Below are positions 20,063-29,658 of a stretch of DNA of 64,000 nt, piece by piece. The notes below the pieces were generated by a model that was given only the letters and a program-made list of their open reading frames with translations, was not told the DNA's origin and ran no database searches. Source of the stretch: Verrucomicrobiota bacterium (GTDB lineage: Bacteria; Verrucomicrobiota; Verrucomicrobiia; Limisphaerales; Palsa-1400). Position numbers and translations under genes: made by a program. How positions within the stretch are numbered: position 1 is the first letter of the stretch; every line of letters starts with the position of its first letter. Location of the stretch: assembly GCA_049510745.1 (NCBI GenBank), contig JBEKYR010000004.1, positions 96,001 to 160,000 on the forward strand. The letters are read 5' to 3'.

Positions 20063-20337
20063 AAAGGCCGGTTTCCTCTATTAGGTTGGCCGTCCAAGGG
20101 GGAATATATTTGGACCGCATATACCATTCTGCCGAAACCCGATGATTTCGGCCAAGCGAAGTTTTTTGTCGTGCGCCCGTAGGGCGGGTGGAGGACGGCG
20201 CCGCCCCGTCTTAAATACGAATTTCATTCCGAATTCCGGACTTGCCCCCTCTGAGGGGGGTATGACCAGCTTGCACCTTAGCCCTATACGCCATGATTTC
20301 ATAGCCTCCCAAGAGCGCTTCTGGCATGATGGGGGGT

Positions 20338-21657
20338 ATGAAATGCGCTGGTTGTGGAATTGAATCCAAGAACGAGAAGTTTTTTCACACCGTGCGGCGG
20401 ACCTTCACTTCCAAAGCCCGATCACTTTGCCCTGCATGTTTCCTTGATAAAGATGACGCGGTCCTCAAAACCATGTTCTGGTCGTTTTCCGGTTTGGGTC
20501 TGGTTGGTCTCTTATTGGTTTTCGCCTTTCCGCGCCTGGTTGTGGGGATATGGCTGCTCAATATCGGCGTTGTGTTGGGAGTCGTCTTGGCGAGCACGGT
20601 TCTGCACGAAATGGGACATGCTGCCGCAGGGACGCTGGCCGGTCATCGAATGTTCAGCATTGAAATCGGAAAAGGGGCGACGGTTTTGGAATTCAAATGG
20701 CTTGGTGTGCGCTGGCGATTTCGGACCATTCTTTTTGGCGGAATCGTTCGGGCTCTGCCAAAGCGCCGTAACTGCTACCGGGTCAAGCAGTCCCTATTCA
20801 TTCTCGGAGGCCCGGTGGCGACTGTGCTCCTGGCATTAATCGCCTGGAAGTTTCTTTGGGTGGATAAACTTCTGGAGCCAAGCCCAATCGCCGGCTTCGG
20901 ACCAATGGGAATTATCCTGTTGTCCAATTCTCTGCTGTTGGCCTTCAGTCTGTGGCCGCATCGAGGTATCTCCGCGCACGGCAAGATTCCGAATGACGCT
21001 CTGCTTTTGTGGCAAACTTGGCGGCAGGACCGCGCAAAAATTGCGGCCACATTTTCCTACTCCTATCTTTTCGAGGCGGACGAATGCTGTCGCGATCGAA
21101 AATTCACGGATGCCCAAAAGTGGCTTGGCGAGGGGTTGTGCGCGTTTCCCGGCAACCATTTGCTGGCATTCAGCGCAGCCACGACCCTCATTTTTGAGAA
21201 CAAACTGGATGAGGCCCGGAACGCGCTGCGAGCCTTGCTGACTGAGCTTGCAGACGACCCCAATCTCTTTCCCCTTCTGCTTAACAACATTGCCTACGTG
21301 GACGCGTTGTTGGGCCGACCTGAGTTGTTGCCGGAAGCTGACGATTTTTCCCGTCGGGCGCTCGAAAGTGCGCCGTGGACGGTTTACTTCAAGGGCACGC
21401 GTGGCATTGTCCTCGTCGAATTGGGGCGATTCGAGGAGGGCGTTGCTCTGCTGGAGGACGCACTGCGGAAACATCCTGAAAAGTGGGGTAAAGCCATCAA
21501 CGCATGCTACCTGGGAATTGCCGCAACTCGGCGCGGTTACCCATCCGAATGTCTCAGTTACTTTGCGATGGCCCGCAGGTTGGACCCGCACTGTCCTCTT
21601 TTGGATCGCGAGAAGAAACCTCCATCGAATGCTCTGTCCCCATCAACCGGCGGATGA
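20338..21657 (+). CDS. Peptidase M50 (site-2-type) with N-terminal Cys ribbon and C-terminal TPR
   Basis: CAGC...CPAC; TM-embedded HEMGH; LGGP; PNDA; TPR-like helices. Confidence 0.8.
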   Translation: MKCAGCGIESKNEKFFHTVRRTFTSKARSLCPACFLDKDDAVLKTMFWSFSGLGLVGLLLVFAFPRLVVGIWLLNIGVVLGVVLASTVLHEMGHAAAGTLAGHRMFSIEIGKGATVLEFKWLGVRWRFRTILFGGIVRALPKRRNCYRVKQSLFILGGPVATVLLALIAWKFLWVDKLLEPSPIAGFGPMGIILLSNSLLLAFSLWPHRGISAHGKIPNDALLLWQTWRQDRAKIAATFSYSYLFEADECCRDRKFTDAQKWLGEGLCAFPGNHLLAFSAATTLIFENKLDEARNALRALLTELADDPNLFPLLLNNIAYVDALLGRPELLPEADDFSRRALESAPWTVYFKGTRGIVLVELGRFEEGVALLEDALRKHPEKWGKAINACYLGIAATRRGYPSECLSYFAMARRLDPHCPLLDREKKPPSNALSPSTGG

Positions 21658-21966
21658 CCGCAAAGTTGAGTTTCGGGCCGGCAGGACTATCATCCCGGCC
21701 ATAGGGGTCATATCGAAACATTCCCGTTTTCTGTCGCAAACAAATTAAACTGCAGAAAGTTTGGATGTGATTCCAAACTTAAAACTCCTCACTCCAACCT
21801 CCTTCGGCCGCTCCTCCAACGCTTCCATACACTTTCGCCGCCGCGCCAGACACCGGCAAGTCCCGCGCCGCCGATGCCGGCCGACTGACGGTTTGTCACC
21901 GAATCTTTACACAGCGGCCGCGCCTTTGGCTTGATTCCACCGCGTAGCGTTGGGAATAGTCAGACG

Positions 21967-23529
21967 ATGCGATTGGTTAAACATTTGCTTGCGGTCTTGG
22001 GTTTGATTTTTCTTTGCCAGACGGCTTCGGCGGCGGGCAAGGCTTCGCATGTCGTTCTGATGGTCTGGGATGGCATGCGCCCGGATTTCGTCACTGAGGA
22101 GAATACGCCCGCCCTGTTTGCAGCGGCGCGGGAGGGCGTCACGTTTCTGCATCATCATCCCGTTTATCCCAGCTCGACGGAGGTCAATGGCGCGGCCCTC
22201 GCCACCGGGGTTTATCCCGGCCAGAACACGATCGTGGCCAATGACGAGTTTCGGCCCGCCATCGATCCGCTCGAACCCATAGGAACCCAGGCCCTCGCTT
22301 CCGTGCGCAAAGGGGATGAACTGGGCGCGAATCATTACCTCGCCTTCCCAACCGTCGCGGAGATTTTGCATGACAACGGCTTGCGCACCGCCGTCGCCGG
22401 CTCCAAGGCGGTGGCGCTGCTGCACGACCGCGCCCCCCGCGCGGAGGGCGCGCCGGGCGTCACGTTGTTCGCCGGGAAGACGCTGCCGGAGTCATGGGAA
22501 AGCAAACTGACCGCCGCCCTGGGCCGGTTCCCCGCCGCCGGCTCCACGAAAATGCTACTTGACAATTGGACGATCCAAGCCCTGACCGGGCCGCTCTGGC
22601 GCGACGGCGTGCCCGCCTTCTCGCTCCTCTGGCTGGCTGAACCGGATTATTCGCAGCACAAGGACGGCCCCGGCGCGCCCAATCCCCTCAAGGCCATAAA
22701 AAACGCCGACGATTGCCTGGCCCGCGTCCTCCAAGCCCTCAAAGAAAAGAACGCGCTCGATTCGACCGACGTGATCGTCGTTTCCGACCATGGGTTTTCG
22801 ACCGTGCAGCAGGTCGTCGATGTCGGCGCAGTGTTGAAAAAGAGCGGTTTCCACGTGTTCCACAAGTTTCCCGCCGCCGGACCCAGCCCCGGCGACGTGC
22901 TGGTGGTGAGCGACGGCGGGGTGGTTCTTTGTTACGTCACAGGCCATGACGAACAGCAGATCGAGCAGGCGGTCCACTGCCTCCAGGCCCAACCCTGGAC
23001 CGGCGTCATCTTTTGCCGGGCGCCCGTCGCCGGGACGTTTCCGCTGGCCGAGGCCCATTTGGATTCGCCTTACGCGGCCGACATCGTGGTGGTCCTGCGC
23101 TGGACACTGGACAAGAGCGACTACGGCGTGCCCGGAATGATTTATTGCGACCGCGCGTATGACATCCCCAACAAAGGTTCGCACTCGACGCTCTGCCCGA
23201 CGGAAATGCACAACACCGGCATCGCCTTCGGCCCCGATTTTGCGCGCGGCCTACGCGATACCCTGCCGACCGGGAACATCGACATTGCGCCGACGATTCT
23301 GTGGATCCTGGGCGTCACGCCCAAGCAACCAATGTCCGGCCGCGTGCTGGTCGAAGCCCTGGCCACCGCGGGACCCGCGCCGGTTTCCACCGCTCCGCGC
23401 CATCAGGAGGCGTCGTGGAAAGGGGACGGTTTTGTCTGGCGCCAGTATTTGGACACTTCGGTGGTCAACGGCGTCACTTACCTCGACGAGGGCAACGGCA
23501 GTCAGGCGGCGATTCCGCAACCGCCCTGA
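21967..23529 (+). CDS. Alkaline phosphatase superfamily (nucleotide pyrophosphatase/phosphodiesterase-like)
   Basis: VWDGMRPD, YPSST..N...LATG.YP, EPD..QH..G, SDHGF, DIAPTI. Confidence 0.88.
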   Translation: MRLVKHLLAVLGLIFLCQTASAAGKASHVVLMVWDGMRPDFVTEENTPALFAAAREGVTFLHHHPVYPSSTEVNGAALATGVYPGQNTIVANDEFRPAIDPLEPIGTQALASVRKGDELGANHYLAFPTVAEILHDNGLRTAVAGSKAVALLHDRAPRAEGAPGVTLFAGKTLPESWESKLTAALGRFPAAGSTKMLLDNWTIQALTGPLWRDGVPAFSLLWLAEPDYSQHKDGPGAPNPLKAIKNADDCLARVLQALKEKNALDSTDVIVVSDHGFSTVQQVVDVGAVLKKSGFHVFHKFPAAGPSPGDVLVVSDGGVVLCYVTGHDEQQIEQAVHCLQAQPWTGVIFCRAPVAGTFPLAEAHLDSPYAADIVVVLRWTLDKSDYGVPGMIYCDRAYDIPNKGSHSTLCPTEMHNTGIAFGPDFARGLRDTLPTGNIDIAPTILWILGVTPKQPMSGRVLVEALATAGPAPVSTAPRHQEASWKGDGFVWRQYLDTSVVNGVTYLDEGNGSQAAIPQPP

Positions 23530-23776
23530 GCCGCCGACATCCATCCGCTTCCGCTGGTCATCGTAATCGTAATCCCCCTCTTCCCCTTCCCCCACCCCGC
23601 CCTCGCCTAACGCGGCCTCACCGCCGAGCGATGATCTATACAATTTGGATAGGAGAGCGAAGAAGCGGTCGGCGGGGGCGCGTGCGTTCCCCGGGATGCA
23701 CTGCAACGGTTCTTAGGATTTGGGTCCCTCGAAGTCGCTTGCTCGTCGTGCGGGCTTGCGCTAATCTGGCTTCGAT

Positions 23777-24958
23777 ATGGATGACCGACCGCCAGTTCCA
23801 GAAGCCGTCCACGCGCTGCCCGCAGGCCCGCCGCCGCCGATAGCGCCGCCCCCCATCATTACGGCGCCGCCGCCGCCGCCGCGCGGACGGGGCAAGGCGG
23901 TCTGGAAGGCGTTGGCCATGCTTTTCATCGTGCTGTTCGTCTTGAGCCTGCTCAGCAACGCGCTGAGCTTCTCTCATGGCCTGTTCTCCCACAGCCGGGT
24001 GGTGTCTGACCGCTCCCGCGCTTTGGAAGAGATCGTTCTCGAACGTACAAATTCCAACAACAAAATCGCGGTCATTGAAGTCGAAGGCGTCATCAGCAGC
24101 GGCGAGGTGGACCGGACGGACATGAACATGGTCGATTACATCAAGGAACAGTTGAAGATGGCCGAACACGACAGCGACGTGAAGGCGGTCATTCTCAAAG
24201 TCAATTCCCCCGGGGGCGAAGTCCTGGCCTCCGATGAAATCAATCAAGCCCTGGCCAAGTTCCAGGAGCGCTCGCACAAGCCGGCGATTGCGTCCATGCA
24301 AACCCTGGCGGCGTCGGGCGGCTATTACATTTCGGCCCCCTGCCGCTGGATCGTGGCCGACGAATTGACCCTCACCGGCAGCATCGGCGTCATCATGCAT
24401 GGTTACAATTACCGCCAGTTGATGAACAAAATCGGCATCCGCCCCCAGGTCTTCAAGAGCGGGCGTTTCAAAGACATGCTCAACGGCGAACGGGAACCGG
24501 ACGACGAGAAACTTTCCCCCGAGGAGCGCAAGACCCGCGACGAGGAAGACCGCATGGTGCAGTCGTTAATCGACCAGACCTATGACAAATTCAAAGAGGT
24601 CGTCAAAACCGGCCGCGAACACGCCGCCAAGGAAAACAACGGCAAGGGCAAAACCCTGGTGGACGATTGGCAGGACTACGCCGACGGCCGCATCTTCTCC
24701 GGCAAACAGGCCCTCGCCTTTGGCTTCGTCGATGAGCTGGGCGATTTCGAGACCGCGGTCAAACGCGCCCAAATCCTGGCCAATGTCCCCAGCGCCAGCC
24801 TGGTGGAATACCGCATGCCCTTTGATTTCGGCTCGGTCCTCGCCCATATTTTCGGCAAGACCGAGGCGCCGGCGATCAAAGTGGATTTGGGCGTGGAATT
24901 GCCCCGCCTGGAAGCGGGCCGCCTCTATTTTATCGCCCCAATGACGGTTTTGCACTGA
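23777..24958 (+). CDS. sppA: Signal peptide peptidase SppA (S49)
   Basis: VNSPGG, AASGGYYI, TGSIGVI, KSGRFKD, DGRIF.G.QA...G.VDELG. Confidence 0.93.
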   Translation: MDDRPPVPEAVHALPAGPPPPIAPPPIITAPPPPPRGRGKAVWKALAMLFIVLFVLSLLSNALSFSHGLFSHSRVVSDRSRALEEIVLERTNSNNKIAVIEVEGVISSGEVDRTDMNMVDYIKEQLKMAEHDSDVKAVILKVNSPGGEVLASDEINQALAKFQERSHKPAIASMQTLAASGGYYISAPCRWIVADELTLTGSIGVIMHGYNYRQLMNKIGIRPQVFKSGRFKDMLNGEREPDDEKLSPEERKTRDEEDRMVQSLIDQTYDKFKEVVKTGREHAAKENNGKGKTLVDDWQDYADGRIFSGKQALAFGFVDELGDFETAVKRAQILANVPSASLVEYRMPFDFGSVLAHIFGKTEAPAIKVDLGVELPRLEAGRLYFIAPMTVLH

Positions 24959-25109
24959 GGGCGCCGCGGCCATCGGCGCCCCGGACGCGCGGCAGCGCGT
25001 CGCTACCGGAGCGCGATCGTTGGAATCCTGTTGCATCCGCGCCCGGAAATTGTTTTGATCGGGCCAGGCCGAAACACCAACGAGAAGCGCCGAAGCCTTC
25101 GCCGAGATA

Positions 25110-26240
25110 ATGAACGATTCTGACAACCTTTTGATCGTCGCGGACAGCGAGCGCGACGCCGACATGCTTTATGCCGCCGGCCTGTTCGTGCCCGACCCTT
25201 TTATCTACTTTCGCCTCGACGCCAAAAGCCACATCGTGCTCAACGACGTGGAAATCGGCCGGGCGCGGCGGAAAGCGCGGCATTGCCGGATCATCTCCTA
25301 TAATCAGTGCCTCGATAAACTGGACCGCAAGATCAAGCGTCCGGGGATGGCCGCGGTGATCAACCTCCTTTTTCGCGAACGGCGCCTGCGCAAGGTTTTC
25401 GTTCCGGCCAATTTTCCGCACGGCCTGGCCCGCGAGTTGCGCAATTACAAGATCAAGGTGCGAGTCAAGAAAGACGGCGTCTTTCCCCAGCGCGAATTCA
25501 AGCGGGCCGACGAAATCAAAAAGATCAGCGGCGCCCTGATCATGGCCGAGGTGGGCCTGTCCGAGGGAATCCAAGCCCTCAAAACGGCCAAAATCGGGCG
25601 CGACGGCAAATTAAACTACCACGGCGTGCCGCTGACCTCGGAAAAACTGCGCGCCATCATTGATATTGCCATCCTCCAGGCGGGCGGCCTGGCCACTCAC
25701 ACCATCGTCGCCGGCGGGGCGCAGGCGTGCGACCCTCACGAGCCGGGCCACGGCCCGTTGCGCGCCAACGAGCCGATTATCCTGGACGTTTTCCCCCGCT
25801 CCCAGAAAACCGGTTATTTTGGCGACATCGCCCGCACCGTTGTGCGCGGCCGGGCCAGCGACGCCGTGCGCGGCCTCTACGAGACCGTCTCCCACGCCCA
25901 GGAGGTCGCCTTCGCCAAACTGCGCCCGAAAACGCGCGCCATCGACGTTCACACCGCCGTCCAGAAGTATTTCGACGCCCAAGGTTACAAGACCGGGAAA
26001 AAGGACAGGCGAATGCACGGCTTTTTCCACGGCACCGGCCACGGCCTGGGCCTGGACGTGCATGAAGCTCCGCGCATCGGCCCGCGAACCCAGGACATGC
26101 TGGCCGCCGGCCAAGTGGTGACGGTCGAGCCAGGCTTGTACTATCCAGGCATCGGCGGCGTGCGCCTGGAAGACGTGGCCGTCCTCACCCCGCAAGGCGC
26201 GCGGAACCTGACCAAATTCGAGAAGACGCTGGAGATTTGA
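25110..26240 (+). CDS. Xaa-Pro aminopeptidase (M24)
   Basis: GYFGDIART, HGTGHGLGLDVHEAP, VTVEPGLY..G.GGVRLED. Confidence 0.93.
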   Translation: MNDSDNLLIVADSERDADMLYAAGLFVPDPFIYFRLDAKSHIVLNDVEIGRARRKARHCRIISYNQCLDKLDRKIKRPGMAAVINLLFRERRLRKVFVPANFPHGLARELRNYKIKVRVKKDGVFPQREFKRADEIKKISGALIMAEVGLSEGIQALKTAKIGRDGKLNYHGVPLTSEKLRAIIDIAILQAGGLATHTIVAGGAQACDPHEPGHGPLRANEPIILDVFPRSQKTGYFGDIARTVVRGRASDAVRGLYETVSHAQEVAFAKLRPKTRAIDVHTAVQKYFDAQGYKTGKKDRRMHGFFHGTGHGLGLDVHEAPRIGPRTQDMLAAGQVVTVEPGLYYPGIGGVRLEDVAVLTPQGARNLTKFEKTLEI

Positions 26241-26305
26241 GTTGCGCCGCTGACTCGATGCGCCGGGCCGCCGTCGAGCGTAAGTTTGAGATTCTTGGGG
26301 AAGCA

Positions 26306-26379
26306 GTCAGGGGAATGATTGTCAGAAAAAGGGAAAGAACAGTTTGCAGGATTATTCCCCTGCCAATCATTCCCCTGAC
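26306..26379. repeat. Intergenic inverted repeat with perfect 16-bp arms
   Basis: gtcaggggaatgattg (26306-26321) / caatcattcccctgac (26364-26379), plus an extra tandem unit attattcccctgcc. Confidence 0.85.
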
Positions 26380-26566
26380 ACCTCCGGCCTTCTCGCTGCT
26401 CCATCCTCCGTCTTCGCTTTGGTTGCGGCTCTGCAGCGCTGTGCCTTACGCCGTGCGTTTCGTCTGGCCTCCTGCTTGCAATTTTCCAAAAAAACCCCAT
26501 TGTACCGGCGATGAACGTTTCGGGGCCTTTGCAGTCAAACCGAACGGTTCAGGAAAGAATTGAGCT

Positions 26567-27487
26567 ATGAGATTTGCACAGATTGCCAAACGAATAACGC
26601 TGTTCCTGCTGGTCAACCTGCTGGTGATGCTGACCATTGGCGTCATCGTCAGCCTGGTCTTTCGCGGCCCGGTGGCCCGCATGGGCGGATACCAGAATCT
26701 TTTCCTCTTTTGTTTTATTTGGGGCATGGGCGGCGCCTTTATCTCCCTCCTGCTCTCCCGCTGGATGGCCAAGATGATGATGGGCGTCCAGGTGGTCGAT
26801 CCGGATACGTCCGACCCGGACGAACAGCGCCTGGTGCAAACCGTTCATCGCCTGGCCCGCGCCGCCGGACTGCCGGCCATGCCCGAAGTGGGCATCTATA
26901 ATTCGCCCGAAGTCAACGCCTTTGCCACCGGCCCCAGCCGCTCGCGCGCCCTGGTCGCCGTCTCTTCCGGCCTGCTCGCTCACATGCGCCAATACGACGT
27001 TGAAGGCGTGCTCGGCCACGAGACCGCGCACATCGCCAACGGCGACATGGTCACGATGACGCTCATCCAGGGCGTGGTCAACGCCTTCGCCATGTTCCTG
27101 GCCCGCGTGCTGGCGTTTGCGCTCTCGCGCGGTTCCTCACGGGACGACAATCGCGGCGGCAATTTCTTCGTCGAATGGATGCTGATCAATCTCTTCCAGG
27201 TCGTCTTCATGATGCTGGGGATGATTGTGGTGAACTGGTTCTCGCGCTGGCGCGAATTCCGCGCCGACGCCGGCGGCGCCCGCTTCGCCGGGCGCGACCA
27301 CATGCTTTCGGCGCTCAAAACCCTCCAGGCCATTCACGAAGGAGGCGCCGACATCGCGGGCGCGCCACAGCCGGCCTTTCAAGCGCTCAAAATCTCCGGG
27401 AAGAGCAGCGGTCTCCTGGCGCTCTTCGCCAGCCATCCGCCTTTGGAAGAGCGCATCGCGCGGTTGGAACATCCGTCCGCGGATTAG
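26567..27487 (+). CDS. htpX: Zinc metalloprotease HtpX
   Basis: NAFATG, VLGHETAHIANGDMVTMTLIQGVVN, FSR.REFRAD, SHPPLEERI. Confidence 0.96.
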   Translation: MRFAQIAKRITLFLLVNLLVMLTIGVIVSLVFRGPVARMGGYQNLFLFCFIWGMGGAFISLLLSRWMAKMMMGVQVVDPDTSDPDEQRLVQTVHRLARAAGLPAMPEVGIYNSPEVNAFATGPSRSRALVAVSSGLLAHMRQYDVEGVLGHETAHIANGDMVTMTLIQGVVNAFAMFLARVLAFALSRGSSRDDNRGGNFFVEWMLINLFQVVFMMLGMIVVNWFSRWREFRADAGGARFAGRDHMLSALKTLQAIHEGGADIAGAPQPAFQALKISGKSSGLLALFASHPPLEERIARLEHPSAD

Positions 27488-28548
27488 GCAAACGGATCGG
27501 CGCCCCTGGCTCTGACCCGCAGGCCCGTTTTCTCCGGCGCGGCGGCAAAGGAAATCAACCCCCGTTCCGCCGTGACGCCGGCATACGGATCGTTGGTGAT
27601 GAGCAGATTGCCGTCGATGTCCAGGTGGTCGGTCAACTCGGCCAAGTGGGCGGCGGCGCTGATCAAAATGCTCGTCTCGATCATGCAGCCGACCATCGTT
27701 TTGAGGCCCGCCTGGCGCGCTGCTTTGAGGGCCTCGCAAGCCGGCGTCACGCCGCCGGTCTTGAGAAGTTTCACATTGACTCCGTGATAGCACCGGGCGC
27801 AATCGGCGATGTCCTTCGCGTGATGATAGGATTCATCGCCAAACAACGGCAGCGGCGACCGGATCTTCAGCCAGGCCAATTCCTGCACCGGCGTCGCCGC
27901 CGGCATCGGTTGCTCGACGAACTCGATGTGCGGGTCCTTGGCCAGCCATTCGAGGTTGCGCAACGCCTCCTCCTTGGTCGTCCACCCTTCATTGGCATCG
28001 ACGCGCAGCCTCTTCCTGGGCGCGATCTGCCGGAGAGCGGCCAGGTTCTCGCGCTCCCCCTCCGCGCCGATCTTCAATTTGAGAATGGGATACGCTGCCG
28101 CTTCCGCCGTCTTTTGCCGGACCATTTCCGGCGAGTCGATGCCGATGCTGAAGGAGGTGACATGCTGGTTCTCGGCAAAACGCAGCCCCAGAAAATCGCA
28201 CAGAGCCAGCCCGGCCTTGCGCGCCGCGCCATCGGCCAGCGCCACGTTGAGGGCGCATTTGCCCGAGTAATTCTTCGGGGCGACCTTTTCCAGGTAACTC
28301 ATGCTGGCGGGAATGTCGTCGAAGGAAAGTTTCCCGGCATCGACGCGCCGCAAGAAATCCTGGATCGAGGCCGGGGTTTCGGAATAACGGAGCGAGACCG
28401 GCGCTTCGCCCAATCCCGCCGTTGATTTGTCGCTCAGACGCACCAACACGGTGGCGGCCACCTTCGACCCGCCGCCGCTCTTGGCGCCTCTGGCAATGGT
28501 CCAAGTGTGGCTCAATTTCAAGTTGCAGGGGAGGAACTCCAGCTTCAT
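27484..28548 (-). CDS. Dipeptide epimerase (L-Ala-D/L-Glu epimerase, enolase superfamily)
   Basis: GLGEA, KLK, VDANEGW, EQP, DES, NVKL.K.GG, GCMIE, DIDG. Confidence 0.92.
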   Translation of the reverse strand: MKLEFLPCNLKLSHTWTIARGAKSGGGSKVAATVLVRLSDKSTAGLGEAPVSLRYSETPASIQDFLRRVDAGKLSFDDIPASMSYLEKVAPKNYSGKCALNVALADGAARKAGLALCDFLGLRFAENQHVTSFSIGIDSPEMVRQKTAEAAAYPILKLKIGAEGERENLAALRQIAPRKRLRVDANEGWTTKEEALRNLEWLAKDPHIEFVEQPMPAATPVQELAWLKIRSPLPLFGDESYHHAKDIADCARCYHGVNVKLLKTGGVTPACEALKAARQAGLKTMVGCMIETSILISAAAHLAELTDHLDIDGNLLITNDPYAGVTAERGLISFAAAPEKTGLRVRARGADPFA

Positions 28549-28719
28549 AAACTCAGAAGCACACCTCAAACAGCCGCCAAATGCAAGCGTTTAGCGGTTG
28601 GGTTTGCGGCGGCTGGAGTTCGGAACCCCCACACAAGCAACGCCTTCCGCGCGAGTTCGAGGCGGAACCCCGCAATTTGCGCGATTCAGCCGCGGTGCAG
28701 AACCATGCGGAAGTTGCCG

Positions 28720-28930
28720 TGACCCTGGTAATCACACCCAAATCGACCCCCCACGGCAGCGCCCAAACCTGGACCATGGTTTTGGCCGGGGAAACCGCAA
28801 CCCTGGCGGTTGACAGCAACGGAAACTTCACCGGCTCGGGCTGGTATATTTTGGACACCGAAAACAATTCTTATCCCCTGAGTATAACAGATGGTTATCC
28901 TGCCCCGTCCTCCGGCATGTCCGCCATTGA
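28720..28930 (+). pseudogene. Possible fragment of a secreted beta-rich protein gene
   Basis: Protein-like stretch (TWTMVLAGETATLAVDSNGNFTGSGWYILD) without a convincing start; the frame runs into the tRNA. Confidence 0.25.
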
Positions 28931-28990
28931 ACCGACAAATGGGCTTGCGTTTGGCCGTGGCCCGTGCGAAATAAGAAGGCCATCAAAAGT

Positions 28991-29067
28991 GCCTCGGTAG
29001 CTCAGTTGGTCAGAGCAGCTGACTCTTAATCAGTTGGTCGTGGGTTCGACTCCCCCCCGGGGCACCA
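28991..29067 (+). tRNA. tRNA-Lys (anticodon CTT)
   Basis: GCCTCGGTAGCTCAGTTGGTCAGAGCAGCTGACTCTTAATCAGTTGGTCGTGGGTTCGACTCCCCCCCGGGGCACCA; loop CTCTTAA, encoded CCA; one T-stem mismatch. Confidence 0.95.
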
Positions 29068-29658
29068 CTTTTACCCTCGTAAAGAGGCTTGGAGCCTCTC
29101 CCGCCGCCGTCGGACCAGAATCGAAAATATACGATTTTGTATACGTTTATTTTACGGTGACTGCTGCCGCCCGATGGGCATGCAAAACCCGGCGCGAGCA
29201 TCCATGCAAAGCGTTGATAATACAGTGCTTATGCAAGGATATCCCAAGGGGCCGCCGGTCGACGGCGGGTGCAACCATGCGGGATTCCTGGGTGCCCTTC
29301 GGCAGAGGCCGAAGATGGTTGCACAGGGGAAGATCTGTCGAAAACCAAATGCGTTGTGCCTTTGGCTGCCGGGAGGCCCACCGCAAGCAAGGACGCGGGC
29401 AGGCTGGCATATGCCAAATGTCATATACTCGTGCCGGGGCGTTTTCCGGCATATTTGCAGGCATAATTTATTAAAGCCGCTTGGATGTTTAACAGTTGTG
29501 CTTGCCTGAACCATTCGGGGCTAGCCGTCAATCGGCGAGTGGTCAGTTCAAACCACGGAGGGGTGCGGTGTCGAGAATCAGTTTCGCTTAATTTCCAAAA
29601 CGAGCCGCTTATGACCCCGTCAACTGCTCCGGTCGCGCGACAACAAGCCACCGCAGGC

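Noticed and set aside
23777..28548. SppA, M24, HtpX and dipeptide epimerase as a dedicated novel system
   Set aside because: Common housekeeping genes separated by repeat-containing spacers and partly convergent; no evidence of a shared unit.
3064..29067. The two tRNA-Lys genes as att sites of one element
   Set aside because: They are different isoacceptors in opposite orientation with different 3' ends, and the interval holds core genes.
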